Below are positions 41,710 through 55,004 of a stretch of 64,000 bases of DNA, piece by piece. The DNA lies in NCBI GenBank assembly GCA_964016885.1, contig CAXHJY010000235.1, positions 13,404-77,403 of the forward strand, given 5' to 3'. The notes beneath the pieces were generated by a model that worked only from the letters and a program-made list of their open reading frames with translations, had not been told where the DNA came from and searched no databases. Position 1 is the stretch's first letter, and each line of letters begins with the position of its first letter. This DNA comes from Eledone cirrhosa. Lineage: Eukaryota. A program made the position numbers and the translations under genes.

Positions 41710-42700
41710 CTGGTGGTGGTAGTGGTTGTATGGAGGCGTGGTGGTGGTGGTGTGGTGGTGGTGGTGGTTTTATGGAGGTGTGGTGGTGGTGGTGGTTGTA
41801 TGGAGGTGTGGTGGTGGTGGTGGTTTTATGGAGGTGTGGTGGTGGTGGTGGTTGTATGGAGGTGTGGTGGTGGTGGTGGTTGTATGGAGGTGTGGTGGTG
41901 GTGGTGGTTGTATGGAGGTGTGGTGGTGGTGGTGGTTGTATGGAGGTGTGGTGGTGGTGGTGGTGGTAGTGGTTGTATGGAGGTGTGGTGGTGGTGGTGG
42001 TGGTAGTGGTTGTATGGAGGTGTGGTGGTGGTGGTGGTTGTATGGAGGTGTGTAGGTGGTGGTGGTGGTAGTTGTTGTGTGGCAGCGTGGTGGTTATGGT
42101 TGTTGTGGTATGGAAGTGTGGTGACGGTAGTGGTTGTTGTGGTATGGAAGTGTGGTGACGGTAGTGGTGGTTGTGGTATGGAAGTGTGGTGACGGTAGTG
42201 GTGGTTGTGGTATGGAAGTGTGGTGGTTGTGGTATGGAAGTGTGGTGACGGTAGTGGTGGTTGTGGTATGGAAGTGTGGTGACGGTAGTGGTGGTTGTGG
42301 TATGGAAGTGTGGTGACGGTAGTGGTGGTTGTGGTATGGAAGTGTGGTGACGGTAGTGGTGGTTGTGGTATGGAAGTGTGGTGACGGTAGTGGTGGTTGT
42401 GGTATGGAAGTGTGGTGACGGTAGTGGTGGTTGTGGTATGGAAGTGTGGTGACGGTAGTGGTGGTTGTGGTATGGAAGTGTGGTGACGGTAGTGGTGGTA
42501 TGGTATGGAAGTGTGGTGACGGTAGTGGTGGTTGTGGTATGGAAGTGTGGTGATGGTAGTGGTTGTTGTGGTATGGAAGTGTGGTGGTTGTGGTATGGAA
42601 GTGTGGTGATGGTAGTGGTTGTTGTGGTATGGAAGTGTGGTGACGGTAGTGGTGGTATGGAAGTGTGGTGATGGTAGTAGTGGTGGTAGTGGTGGTTGAT
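41710..42700. repeat. G-rich minisatellites: 28-bp (tatggaggtgtggtggtggtggtggttg) then 34-bp (tatggaagtgtggtgacggtagtggtggttgtgg)
   Basis: Periods read at 41883/41911 and 42301/42335. Confidence 0.96.
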
Positions 42701-43034
42701 GTGGAAGTGTGGTGGGAAATAAAATAGCAGCAGTGGTAGCTTGGCTGGTGCTAGCTTAATGGTGTAGGCAGTAGCATGCTGGTGGTGGCCATGATATGAA
42801 ACTATAGTAATGAAGGTGGTAGCAGCATAGTGGCGGTGGTGGTGGAATTGCTCTCCATCAGTTTCAATGAGTGTCCTCAGCATGGTCATAATCAAATGAC
42901 TGACACCAATAAAAGTTTTTAAAAGTGTGTATACAGTATATAGGTGTATGTGTGTGTATATATATAGATGTGTAGATCTTTGAGTGTATATATGTGTAGA
43001 CGTGTGTATATATATAAATATTTATATAGATGTG

Positions 43035-43082
<48 letters not shown>

Positions 43083-43090
<8 letters not shown>

Positions 43091-43332
43091 GATGAGTGCG
43101 TATATGTAGATGAGTGCGTATATGTAGATGAGTGCGTATATGTAGATGAGTGCGTATATGTAGATGAGTGCGTATATGTAGATGAGTGCGTATATGTAGA
43201 TGTGTGCGTATATGTAGATGTGTGCGTCTATGTAGATGTGTGCGTCTATGTAGATGTGTGCGTCTATGTAGATGTGTGCGTCTATGTAGATGTGTGCGTC
43301 TATGTAGATGTGTGCGTCTATGTAGATGTGTA
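43083..43332. repeat. 18-bp minisatellite (tatatgtagatgagtgcg and variants), about 14 copies
   Basis: Direct reading. Confidence 0.96.
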
Positions 43333-43530
43333 GACGTGTGTGTGTGTGTCAGAGAGAGAATTCATCAATGTTTTATGGTAAAGATCTGCAAATAGTGTAT
43401 CAGTGGTGGGAAGGTGGGGTCGTTATCAACAGTAGTGAAAACAAGACTGCTATTTGGATTAGTTCTAAGTAGAAAGAAGGCTTCTATATAAACACATGTA
43501 TTAATTCTTTACCTTCTTTCACTTTGTGTG

Positions 43531-43573
<43 letters not shown>

Positions 43574-44517
43574 TGTGTATGTGTGTGTGTGTGTGTTGCC
43601 TTCCACTTCATTTATATATATACATTCACACTCATGCACATACTGTCACACACACACACATGCATAAATGTATGAAGTAAAACCTTATTGTCTTCCTCTT
43701 CATTTTGTTTTTCCCAACCTTCTCTTTCTTTGTGAACTTTGCTATTTTCTGAAGGACTTTTGTCTGACATGTTGAAACCCTCAGTTAAGTCTTCCTTCGC
43801 GTGAACCTAATAAAACTGTGCTTTTGTATCTGTGTTTGTCTTGTTTATTCTTGAACTAATTGTGTGTGTGTGTAAACAAGCTCATGTGTTTAGAAGACAG
43901 CAGTGATTGAAATTTTAAAACTGAATTAGTTGCTAGCAGGGTAGGACATGCTATCGCTTTATGAGAGCTCAGGTTGGAAGATCGTGTCTTGCTCACATAG
44001 AACTGATTTTGGCTTGGCTTCTACGGCTGGATACCTTTACTAACGCCAACCACATTCACAGTATGATATATATACATACCTACATTTTAATGTCCGCTTT
44101 GCCTGATAGCAAGGGTTGGACTATATACAGTTATATCATCATCATTTTTACTTCGACTTTTCATGTTAGATGGAAATATTTGAGAATGTTTTACAGCTGG
44201 ATGCCTTTTCTGATACCAACTATTTTAGTCGCATCTCGTGACATACTGGGATACAGTGTACCTATTCTAAACTGAATACACAGTTACACTTTAAATATAT
44301 ATGGTTACATCATCATCATCTACTGTACTATTGCTGTTCTGCCTTTATTTCTTCAAGTTGGTCATTTTTAAACTAGGTTAATTCAAAAGCTTGTCTGATG
44401 TTCTCTTTGAAGTTTCCCATGAATATACATTCATTTCACATCTGCTTCTTTCATGCTATTTCATTCTCCTGCATCTAAAATATTCGCTGTTTATCATGTT
44501 ATTTGGTTTTTGAAGAG

Positions 44518-45155
44518 ACTGGTTATATCTGGTGGTGGTGGTGGTGGGCGGCTGCCTGGTTATGTTTGTGGTGGTAGTGGTGGTTGTGGGTGGCAGCTAC
44601 CTGGTTATATCTGTTTGTGGTGGTGGTTGTGGGAGGCTGCCTGGTTATATCTGTGATGGTGGTGGACAGCAGTCTGGTTATCTCTTTATGGTGGTGGCCA
44701 TCATCATTTGCCTGGTTATATCTGTGATGGTGGTGGACAGCAGCCTTGTTATAACTGTTGGTGTGGTGGTGGTGGGCAGCAGCCTGGTTATATCTGTGAT
44801 GGTGGTGGACAGCAGTCTGGTTATCTCTTTATGGTGGTGGCCATCATCATTTGCCTGGTTATATCTGTGATGGTGGTGGACAGTAGCCTTGTTATAACTG
44901 TTGGTGTGGTGGTGGTGGGCAGCAGCCTGGTTATATCTGTGATGGTGGTGGACAGCAGCCTTGTTATAACTGTTGGTGTGGTGGTGGTGGGCAGCAGCCT
45001 GGTTATATCTGTGATGGTGGTGGACAGCAGCCTTGTTATAACTGTTGGTGTGGTGGTGGTGGGCAGCAGCCTGGTTATATCTGTGATGGTGGTGGTAGGT
45101 GGCTGCCTGGTTATATTTGTGATGATGGTGGTGGTGGATGGCAGCATTGGTTATA
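44518..45155. repeat. ~34-40-bp minisatellite with ~74-bp and larger higher-order units
   Basis: cagcagcctggttatatctgtgatggtggtgg alternating with cagcagccttgttataactgttggtgtggtgg. Confidence 0.92.
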
Positions 45156-46047
45156 TTAATAATTCAACAGTTCTCTAGACAAACATAGTAATCTCTATCC
45201 ACCATTTACCATTAAGTTTACTTAACCCACAAAATGGTGAATCCTACATTTGATTTATTTATGTAACTCTATGATGTTAGAGAGATATGGTGACTGAGTG
45301 GTTGTTCAGGTGATTATTGAAACTACTCACAGCCACTAATCTTCTTCTACAAATATTGCCTTTGGTATTGATAATGTGTGTCTGTTAGCATATAACACTT
45401 CTGTAATGCTAATGCTACGATAGCACTGAGGCTTCTATCATTAAAACACCCAAGAGACATCCCTATGTGATGCAGCATTATAGGAGGAGGCTGGTTAAAC
45501 CAATTCAGGTGTGAGCCATAACCTCAACAGCTTCTTTGATGCAAATCTATGAATCCACTTTTTTTTCTTTTTTTTTTTTTAAGGATCTATAGAAATGGTT
45601 TCTCAATTAAGGTTGTTGTGTGTTTCTTCCAGGCATTATACTTCAATGTAGGCGATGCAGCATGACTGAATGATTAAAGAGTTTCATTTACAATCATTAG
45701 GTCTAGGTTCAATCCCAGTGCTTGGCATTTTGAGCAAGAACGATTTACCATAGCCTTGTAAGTGAAATTGAGCAAAGAGAAACTATGTAAGTGAAACTCA
45801 TATGTGAGACGAATAGCTCTCCAGCCTTTCTGATGAAAGACATTGTTTATGATTTTTAAATAATTTAGAAATTAATCAAGTTTGGAAGGATTTTGTAATA
45901 TAACTTTCTTGTTATTAAGCTGGTGTTTGGAACATAAAGGTTATTACATAAAAATTATGATGGAAGATTTTAAAATAAATATAAACAGTTTAAAGCAGTT
46001 TGGTATCATAAAACTAGGAGCGGTTTCAGGTTGACTGATATCGAAAG

Positions 46048-47256
46048 TATTAGTACAGTTTTCTGGAAATATTGAAGGTTGTGCATGCGAACCTATATAA
46101 GAAATGTTGGTATGCACTATATGTATTTCAATTTTACTGTTACGCCATCAAAGGGGGAGCAACATGGATCTATCCAAATCGTTTATTCGTGGCTGTTTAC
46201 TTTATGACTTAAAATCAGGTCTAAGCACAGCAGCATCAAGTTGTCACATTAACAATGCATTTGGGTCACACACCATGTCTGAAAGCAGTACCAGGGACTG
46301 GTTTGCATGCCTCCGTTCCTGTGATTACAGCCTTGAAGATCGACTTCAGACAGGATGTCCATCTGACTTCAATGACAAGCAACTGCTTGAGCTGGTGGAA
46401 GCCAAACCATGCTAGAAATCATGTCCTCTCTCCAAAGTGCTTGAACATCGAAAACAACCATCCTCAATCACTTACATGCAATAGGGAAGGTGTCTAGCTG
46501 GACTAATGCATGCTCAGCAATCTGACTGACCATAATCATAAATGTCAGGCAGCAGCTGCAATTTCTCTGCTCTCCTACCATCGCATAAACAACTGATTAT
46601 ATCCTCTTGTCACTGGTGGTGAAAAACACTGACTCTACATTGTCAAGTGATTGTGGATTGATAAAGAGTGCATCACAACAGCAACTTTACTTGCTGTTGT
46701 GGTGCACTCTTGCACCCTTGTAAGGCGTTACTGTGTGTCTGTTGGGACTAGAAAGGTGTCATCCACTATGAGCAACTCCCACCGATCACCAGCATAACCT
46801 CTGATGTCTATTGTCAACAACTTGACAGATTAGCAGTGAAAATCGCACAGATGTGCCCACACCATGGTCCTGTTTGATTCCTTCATGATAATGCTCAGCC
46901 ACATACATCAAGTGTGACCCATGAGACGTTGCTAGAACTAGATTAAGAGGTCCTGCCTCACCCAACGTATTCACCCAACCTCGCGCCTACAGACAATCAT
47001 TTTTTTCTCTCAATGAACAATGCAATCAAAGACCTTCGCCAATGAAGACCAGTTAAATCAGTGGTTAACAGATTTATTTGCATCGAAGCCAAAAGAATTC
47101 TACAAAGATGGAATCATGTGCCTTCCTCGATGATGGCAGGTGGTAATCACAAATGATGGCAATTACTTTGACTTGTGAAGTTTTCCTAATGTTAAAAAAA
47201 CACCAAAGTCAATAACAAATTTGAAAAACAGTGAGAACTTTCCAACCCACCTAATA
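46048..47256 (+). mobile_element. Decayed mariner transposon (transposase pseudogene)
   Basis: MDLSKSFIRGCLLYD..WF..LED..GCP HTH region; LHDNAQPH and HPTYSPNLAPTDNHFF catalytic-domain motifs; C-terminal FYKDGIM..W..V..NDGNYFD; many stops and frameshifts. Right TIR gaactttccaacccacctaaTA; left TIR largely lost. Confidence 0.92.
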
Positions 47257-47257
47257 T

Positions 47258-47299
<42 letters not shown>

Positions 47300-47628
47300 A
47301 TTTGTGTGTCTGTATATGTATGTGCATGTGTGTGTGTATATATGTGTATGTATATGTATGAGTGTATATATGTATTTGTGTGTGTATATATGAGTGTATA
47401 TATATGTATTTGTGTGTATATATATATGAGTGTATATATGTATTTGTGTGTGTGTATATATGTATTTGTGTGTGTATATATATATATGAGTGTATATATG
47501 TATATATGAGTGTATATATGTATTTGTGTGTGTATATATATATATGAGTGTATATATGTATTTGTGTGTGTATGTATACATATATATACATATATATACG
47601 TATGTATGTGTATATATGTATATATATC
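47258..47628. repeat. TA/TG compound microsatellite starting next to the mariner's terminal TA
   Basis: Direct reading. Confidence 0.93.
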
Positions 47629-47837
47629 AGTGTATAGGTATTAGGAAGAACTGTTGCTTAATTCTTGTTCTAATAATAGACATTATTTAGAAATATGGTA
47701 AACCTAGTATGTATGCTGCTGCCATTCAGTATAAACATGTACTTGTCTTAGTTAGAAAGGGAAGGGGAAAAAAGAATCAACATTGAAATAAAATAAAAAC
47801 TGAATCAATTGGCTCATTGTTCTCTTTTTTAATGTTG

Positions 47838-47985
47838 ACAGTATCGGTAGAGGGTCGGATGCCGTGCTTCGCGGCATAGAGTTACGGCCCTTTACTGTCC
47901 GAGTTCAAATCCCGCCGAGGTTAACTTTGCTTTTCATCCTTACTGGGTTAATAAAATAAAGTACCAGTAATGTACTGGGGTTGAT
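47838..47985 (+). mobile_element. tRNA-derived SINE family 1
   Basis: cagtatcggtagagggtcgg..gagttcaaatcccgccgagg..taaagtaccagtaat. Confidence 0.88.
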
Positions 47986-48278
47986 AAAGTAGCAGTCAAA
48001 CAGTGGGGTCAGTTTCATTGACTCACTCATGAAATTTCAGACCTTGTATCTAAATTAGAAACTGTTATTATTATCATAACTGGATACATTTTATGGTGAC
48101 ACCAGCATTGCCAATGTACATTCTGTAAAGTAGTAGTCCTGGTGTCCAATTTGTCTAGTCTATGACTGTAACTGTCCTACTCATGCCAGCATGAAAAGCG
48201 GACATAAAATGATGGTTACCGGATCTTCAGTCTGTCAAGACTCAACAAGGATTTTAGACAGTCAGACTACTTCACAAA

Positions 48279-48346
48279 TATTGGGTCGTCAAGTATGAAA
48301 TTTGTAGAAAAAAATTTCTACAAATTTCATACTTGACAACCCAATA
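48279..48346. mobile_element. Minimal mariner-type MITE made only of two TIRs
   Basis: TA-ttgggtcgtcaagtatgaaatttgtagaaa-aaaa-tttctacaaatttcatacttgacaacccaa-TA, with one mismatch between arms. Confidence 0.8.
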
Positions 48347-49899
48347 TATGTGCAGTGCCTAAAAGGGCTATCTTTTGTAGGAGAACAATTTGTGATCTGA
48401 GGTCTATCTGCTTAAGATGCTCTTCTGGTTTTCGTGGTATCAAGCCCAGTGGACCTTGAAATGTCTGTCAAGTTTCAACAAGGATCTGAAACAGATAATA
48501 CTTTCCTGATTATATATTAAAGACCCCACTAGGGCAGTCTTTTGTAGGAGAAAAATGTGTTTTAGGATCTATTTACTCAAGAAACCCTCTCAGTTTTAGT
48601 GGTATTAAATCGAAAGCTTCTATGACAATTGGAATTAGCTTGTTGTCAGATGCTATTGACCACATTCATGCAAGTTTATCAATTGTGAATATAAACATGT
48701 GTGACATATGGTAGTTATATATAAATTACTCTTAACCTCACACACATGATTTGTTGCTCAGAAGAAGAAAACAAACAAAAGTCCTCTCAAAAAAAAAAAA
48801 AAAAACTTAAAATATCCAAAAATGGTTTCAGAATGAATGTTTTCTTTATTTAAACAAAAAAGAAACAGGAGGATAAAGGATAAGAAAGAAGTTGTGTAAA
48901 TCTAACAGTTGAGCTACAGTCTAAAATAAAAACCTCTTTACATTTTGATTTATCACACAGCCGATTTAGCTGTATGTCTGTTTGTGTATATGTATGTATT
49001 TTTTCTTTCTTTCTTAAATTAGTATAGCATTAGACTGTTGCTTTTTATTCAATTTCATAGTAAATGTCTATTTTTTTTTTTTTTATTTTTTTTTTTAACT
49101 CTAGCCAATTCGTTTATAGATATTATTTGCAAATCCAGCAGTGATAAGGTGCTACTAGCATTTACCACCATTTTAACAGTGTGATAACCCCCCCCCCCCC
49201 CCAAAGACGTCTAACAAGCTCCAAACATACCGATAATATTGTGGCCGAGAGGGCAGTGGCAATCCACTGCATCGGACAACATGCCCCATTACAATCTGAG
49301 TTCAAATCCTGCCATGGTTAGCTTTGCCTTTCATCCTTACCGAGTAAATAAAATAAAGTACCAGTAATGCACTGGAGTTTATTTAACAACTTTCAAACTC
49401 CCCAAAATTGTTGGCCTTAAAAACCAATATTGTAGCTCACATCTTAAGATTAGCAGACATTGATTATAGAACTTCCCTATCAGGTTTTCTTTTGGTGTTT
49501 CCGACATGTTTAATGAGATGTGAGACATGGATGGTAACAGTAGTAGTGATCATGATATTGACAGTTCTGGTTGATGGTAACCACTGCAAGAAGTCAGAAG
49601 ATTACCACTTGGATAGAGGATTGAATCCATTGCCTATTTAAACACCACTCCTTAGGTGCTTTTAGTAGAGTCTAATTTGTAGGGCTGTCTTAGTTATTAG
49701 AATGTCAAATTACTTTGCAGTATTTGTTCTGGCTCTCTGCACTGTGAGTTCAAATCATCCTGAAGTCAACTTTGCTTTTTATCCTTTCGAGGTCAATTAA
49801 TAAAATAAGTCAGGTCGTAAGATCAATTCTTTCTCTGTCTCTTTCTCTGGGGGATATCAACTGCATTTCACCCTTGGAATAGAATGGGTGCCTCCAGGT

Positions 49900-50128
49900 T
49901 TAACCCTTTAGCATTTAAACCTGCTGTATCCGGCCAGAATTCTCTCACTTCTTTCTGTTCAAACCAGCCATAACCTGCAACTCATACCGATGTTTAGGTA
50001 TTGTTCTCAAAATAAATAACATTAAAATCTCATAGATTCGATAGTATGTGAGATAATTATGTAAGATAAGGCTTTTACCATGAAAATACAATAGTAAATA
50101 TAGGATAATGTAAATGCTTAAGGGTTAA
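49900..50128. mobile_element. piggyBac-like MITE, family A
   Basis: TTAA-CCCTTTAGCATTTA ... TAAATGCTTAAGGG-TTAA. Confidence 0.88.
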
Positions 50129-50324
50129 ATGGCTAGGACACAGCAGGAATTAAGGACCTGTGGCATAACTCTATTGCAAGCATTTGGACCATGTTTTTCG
50201 TTTGGTGTCTGTCTTTGGTCACTGAGAAAGGCTCATGGGAGATTGCTCTTCTCTTCCTCACATTTGTGTGTGTGTGTGATAAGTGTCCTACTCTGAGAAC
50301 CACGATATGATATTATCATTTGAA

Positions 50325-50510
50325 TGCGGTGGATTGGCAGTATCGGTAGAGGGTCGGACGCCATGCTTTCCAGCATAGTTACGTCCCTTTACGATCCGAG
50401 TTCAAATCCCGCCGAGGTTGACTTTGCTTTCATCCTTACGGGGTCGATAAAATAAAGTACCAGTAATGCACTGGGTAATTGCTGGCCTTGTGCCTAAAGT
50501 AGAAACAATT
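50325..50510 (+). mobile_element. tRNA-derived SINE family 1, best-preserved copy
   Basis: A and B boxes; the central ctttgctttcatccttacggggtcgataaaataaagtacc resembles the Nin/Deu SINE domain (from memory); attatcatttgaat on both sides is a TSD. Confidence 0.93.
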
Positions 50511-50693
50511 ATCATTTGAATTTATTTTCACTTCATTTCTGTGATAATTTTACTCTACATACAAGCATGTACATTTGTGTGTGTGTGTGTGTGTAATATA
50601 TATGAATATAGACCGGTTTCTAGTAGTGCTTGTAATGAGATTTAAGTCTGCCACTTTAAGATCCATGTTATGTGTATGCGATGTGCACCATAT

Positions 50694-50729
<36 letters not shown>

Positions 50730-51540
50730 TTCAGATGGAAATAAAACTAACATTTTCAAGTGCAGAGATATTTGTACCTACCCTACTCCTATTCTACCCC
50801 CACCTCCCCTCCCCATTGCACCTACCCAATCCCTATTCTACTCCTTGCATCTACTCCACCCGTGGGAATTATTTAAATCTTAACACCATTCAGATTCAAA
50901 AGTAGAATTTGATGTTTTTTTATTTTTTTATTTTTTGTAATATTTATATTTTTAGTGTGTGTGCTGTGTGTACGCACGCATGTGTGTGTGTGTTGGGGGT
51001 GGCATATTGCTGAGCAATACTCTAACTAGATCAAGGTTAGATTTTGAATTCCTTGCCTAGGCGACTTGTCTGTGTTGTTATTGTTGTTGTTGTCCTTGTT
51101 ACTACTGTTGTTGTAGTGGTAGTCTTTATTATTGTTATTGTTGCTATTGCTGTTATTGTTGTCATCTTTGTCATTGTTGTTTTTATTGCTATTTTTTCTT
51201 GTTAAATACATAAATAAAAATAATAAAGAAAGAAACCATTATTAGTATTATTACTATTATTATTATTTATTGAGATAGATCTCTTTGAAACTTTGTAAGG
51301 ACGAAAAAATAAGGTATTTAAACATTAACAAAAATATAGATGAAAAAAAAAAAGAATTAAAATAAACGTTTTGTGTGTTTGTGCGCCTCTTTATGTATGT
51401 GTTTCGATATGTTTTTGTTTCTCTGTGTGTGTTTGTGTCTGTGTGAGGTAGTTTGTGTGTGCCAATGTATATGTAATTTTGTGTGTGTCTGTGGCTGTTT
51501 GCGTATGTAGCTGTGTTTCTCTGTGTGTTTGTGTCTGTGG

Positions 51541-51572
<32 letters not shown>

Positions 51573-51739
51573 ACTACTGTTGTTTATTTTACCCTAAAAT
51601 AGCAACATAGCCACTGTATATATTATCCCTCTGTGTATATAACAAATCTGAAGTATTTATTAAAAAAAAAATTTTTCGTTAACCACAAGAATTTATAGAG
51701 CTGATTCTTGCCTCTAGTTTCTCTAGAATTAAGTGAAGA

Positions 51740-51925
51740 AGGTGCATGGCATTGTGGTTAGGATGTTGATCTCATAACAATCAGGTTGTGTGTTTGATCA
51801 CTAGGTCAGGCAGCATGTTTTGTTTTTGACCAAGATATTTCATTTCACATAGCGTCAGTTCATCAGCTGTAAATGAGTCCCAGTAGCTTGCAATGGACTG
51901 GCATCTTGTCCTAGGAGAAGTCTTA
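51740..51925 (+). mobile_element. tRNA-derived SINE, family 2-type head
   Basis: ggtgcatggcattgtggttagg..ttgaccaagatatttcatttcac..gcaatggactggcatc. Confidence 0.6.
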
Positions 51926-52854
51926 TATATTCAGTTGCTTAATGACACGTGGAATTGGCATGCAAGGCAAACTCCTTAATCACACGGCCATGCCTGCCTA
52001 ATATATATTTTCAAAATAGTTTGTCTCACTCACATACTTATCATTGTATAAAAAAAAAATGAAGACTGGCTGTTGCTGCATGAGACTTTGTATAGACCGA
52101 AGGTCTTCAAATGCACCGTTTGTGGTTGCTAAGAGACATAGTTTATACCAGGAAGTGTTGATATAAAAGGATAGTGGTATAAAAGCTCAACATTTTCGGC
52201 TGTACCAGTCCAATACAATACAAACATTGTCTATGGCGCAGGAAATTGGATGGGCTTGGTTTCTCTTCTTTATTTTTTAATCTAACTATATATTTTAATA
52301 CTGATATGGCTGCAGATAAAATCTTTTAAGTTCCTATATAAACAATCTTGGCATTCGCAATGCTATTTCTTCTTACTGCAATTGTGATGTGGAAGATGAT
52401 GTTGATGGTAGTGGTGGCTATGGCAATGGTGATGATGATGGTAAAGAGAAAAAAAAGGTTATGAAGACACTCTGACCAATTACACTGAAAATATTCAAAG
52501 TACTAAATGTCTATACGCACGCACGCACACGCACGCACGCACAGTGGTGAATTGGCACTCATTAAGGCATCAAATAAAAAGTGGCTCTGTAGTTGCTCTA
52601 GCTCACTGTGTTTTGAGTTCAAATCCTACTGAGGTCAACTTTGCTTTTCAGCTTTTCAAGGTCAATATACTACCAGTCTGGTACTGCGGCTGGTTTTTTC
52701 CCCTTATCTTTTTTCTCCTCTCCCAAGTCACCTGTGTTCCAACAGGGAAAGGGTTGGGGTTTGCCAGGTTAAATTCCCAAGACACACCATGTGTCAGGCC
52801 AGCAGCCTTCAAATCCAAGAGTAGAGTTAAGGACCCTTTGTTCTATTTATTTAC

Positions 52855-52871
52855 AAACACACACACACACA

Positions 52872-52969
<98 letters not shown>

Positions 52970-52984
52970 TTCTCTCTTTCTCTC

Positions 52985-53021
<37 letters not shown>
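52855..53021. repeat. (CA)n(CT)n microsatellite
   Basis: Direct reading. Confidence 0.97.
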
Positions 53022-53619
53022 AAAAGGTGCTAAATATGGTGATGTGGGAGAAACAAAGATGCAGAAATACTAACAGATTTAAAATAGTGTGTGCTTTGAA
53101 TCCATCTTAGGACAAATGTTTGACTTTCTGATACCAAGCTGTCTTTGCTTCTATAAAACCACCTACTTTAAAGGTTTCCTTCTTCAATTGAAATTTTCCA
53201 ACATAATTATATAAAAGAAGCTATTATTTTATATTATGTTATAAATACCATCATAACCATTTCATGATCATATTTCTAAACACTATTTCAATTAATTACT
53301 GAAGAATTTTGATGAATTTACAAACATTTTTATTTTATGACTAACATAGTAACTCAATTATTTTGATATTAACCTGCCCCAAACTACCTTTAATTCTCTA
53401 AAACAGAACCTATTTAAATTGACATCTTCCAACATAATTTGGTATAAGAACCTTTTTTTAAATGTTTACAAATACCAGATTAACAATGGTCTAATCAAAT
53501 ATTTTAACTAATTCCTCTAAATTCTTCATTAATTAATTCAGAAAATAGTGTTTCATTAGAATTATAGTCATGAAAGCGTTAATCAAAGTATTTTATTATA
53601 TTTGTTATAATTTAGAAAG

Positions 53620-53850
53620 ATGCCCCTCCTTCCTCAAACCAACCACTTTACAAAGTCTACTGTGTGCATTTTATGGCACCAGCCATATACTTTAGAGTGT
53701 ACTGGGTTCATTTTATCAAGGCACCAGCTATATCACTTTAGGGAGTGTACTGAATGCATTTTAAGGCACCAGCTGTATCACTTTACAGTACACTAGGTGC
53801 ATATACTGATGGCACCAGCCATTTCAATTTAGAGTATATTGGGTGTGTTT
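53620..53850 (-). repeat. ~45-bp tandem units x5, related to the RTE 3' UTR
   Basis: cacttta.agagtgtactgggtgcatttt..ggcaccagc repeated after gatgccc..cct..accaacc. Confidence 0.65.
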
Positions 53851-54785
53851 TTGTAGGTGTGCCTGAGTGTTTCTGTTGAAAAGAATTCCAGAAGATATAA
53901 AAATGACAAGATTAAAAATAAAAAACAAAAAAGTAGGGGGTGAGGCTCTACTCATTTGGCTGGGCAGAATATCTCAGCCATGCCCCAGTAGATAAGATGG
54001 CAAAAGTGTTGCCATGAATAACAGCCAGGGATATCCCGTGCATCAGCTATTCCACCTCATGGGGCTCCCTTCTCAGGCATAATGTCAGTCTCAATGAAAA
54101 TCAGTGGAGAAAAATGTCAGTCTCAATGAAAATCAGTCAACCACAGTTGAAATACAATTGTATCACAGCTACCTTAGTAAGCATCGCTGAAGATGAATTA
54201 ATGATCCTGAAAAACATGGATACCATGATACATAGTTACTGGAATAGCTATCATACGAGCACAGCTTGAATTATTCACTGTGTGTGTTTATTATGCAAAA
54301 ACATAATGTATAAGTTTCCATATGTTTATATGCAAAAACATACTGTACAGGTTTCCATATTTACCTCTATTATGAATCAAGCTGTGTTAATGTTATTGCT
54401 AATTAATCATATATTTTGGATGGAGAGGTACTCATCTATAACAGGTTTATGACCTTAAACTAACCAACAAAAACTTCAACAACATAGACAATCATTGTCT
54501 TAATAAATAACAGCATATATATATATATAATAATCATCATCATCATCATCATCTCTCTCTATATATATATATATATATAATAATCATCATCATCATCTCT
54601 CTCTCTATATATATGTGTTTTTGTGTATGCCTTTTTATTTTCTAAAGGCAATATTTAGATGTAATGTGTTTTTAATATTTACTTGTGCGTTCACAGATTG
54701 ATATTTCTGCTTTGGATGATGTTGCTTAGGGTGAAAGCAGAAATTGTTTGTTTGTTTAAACTTTTTACCTGTGCTAATAATATAC

Positions 54786-54827
<42 letters not shown>

Positions 54828-54844
54828 ATGTATATATATAATTC

Positions 54845-55004
54845 AAGAACATGACAATCTCTCTAATATTGGTACCACGGTAATGTGTTCCCAGTTCTCT
54901 GGAAAGTGTTAGAACACGTGAGATGCAGACCACTGGCCCATCAAAGAGGTCGATAACCCATCCAACCTATGTTAGGGTGTATACATTTTAAGGGACACCC
55001 TGTA
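54845..55004. mobile_element. Tc1/mariner-type DNA transposon end fragment
   Basis: Ends in tttaagggacaccctgTA, the reverse complement of a TACAGGGTGTCCC-type TIR; no partner TIR found. Confidence 0.5.

Noticed and set aside
41667-42895. His/Thr/Pro-rich 406-aa ORF and opposite-strand Gly/Val ORFs
   Set aside because: Produced by 28- and 34-bp repeats that cycle through frames; no splice or domain evidence.
42968-43333. YVDECV repeat protein
   Set aside because: In-frame translation of an 18-bp minisatellite.
46104-46415. SETMAR or other domesticated transposase gene
   Set aside because: Multiple stops and frameshifts, TIR retained, no SET domain: a dead mariner.
50325-50415. tRNA gene
   Set aside because: A/B boxes are present but there is no complete cloverleaf; it has a SINE body, a TSD and many dispersed copies.
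54185-54220. CTGAAGA...GAAA hammerhead-like spacing
   Set aside because: No convincing stem I or II pairing and no correctly placed UH site.
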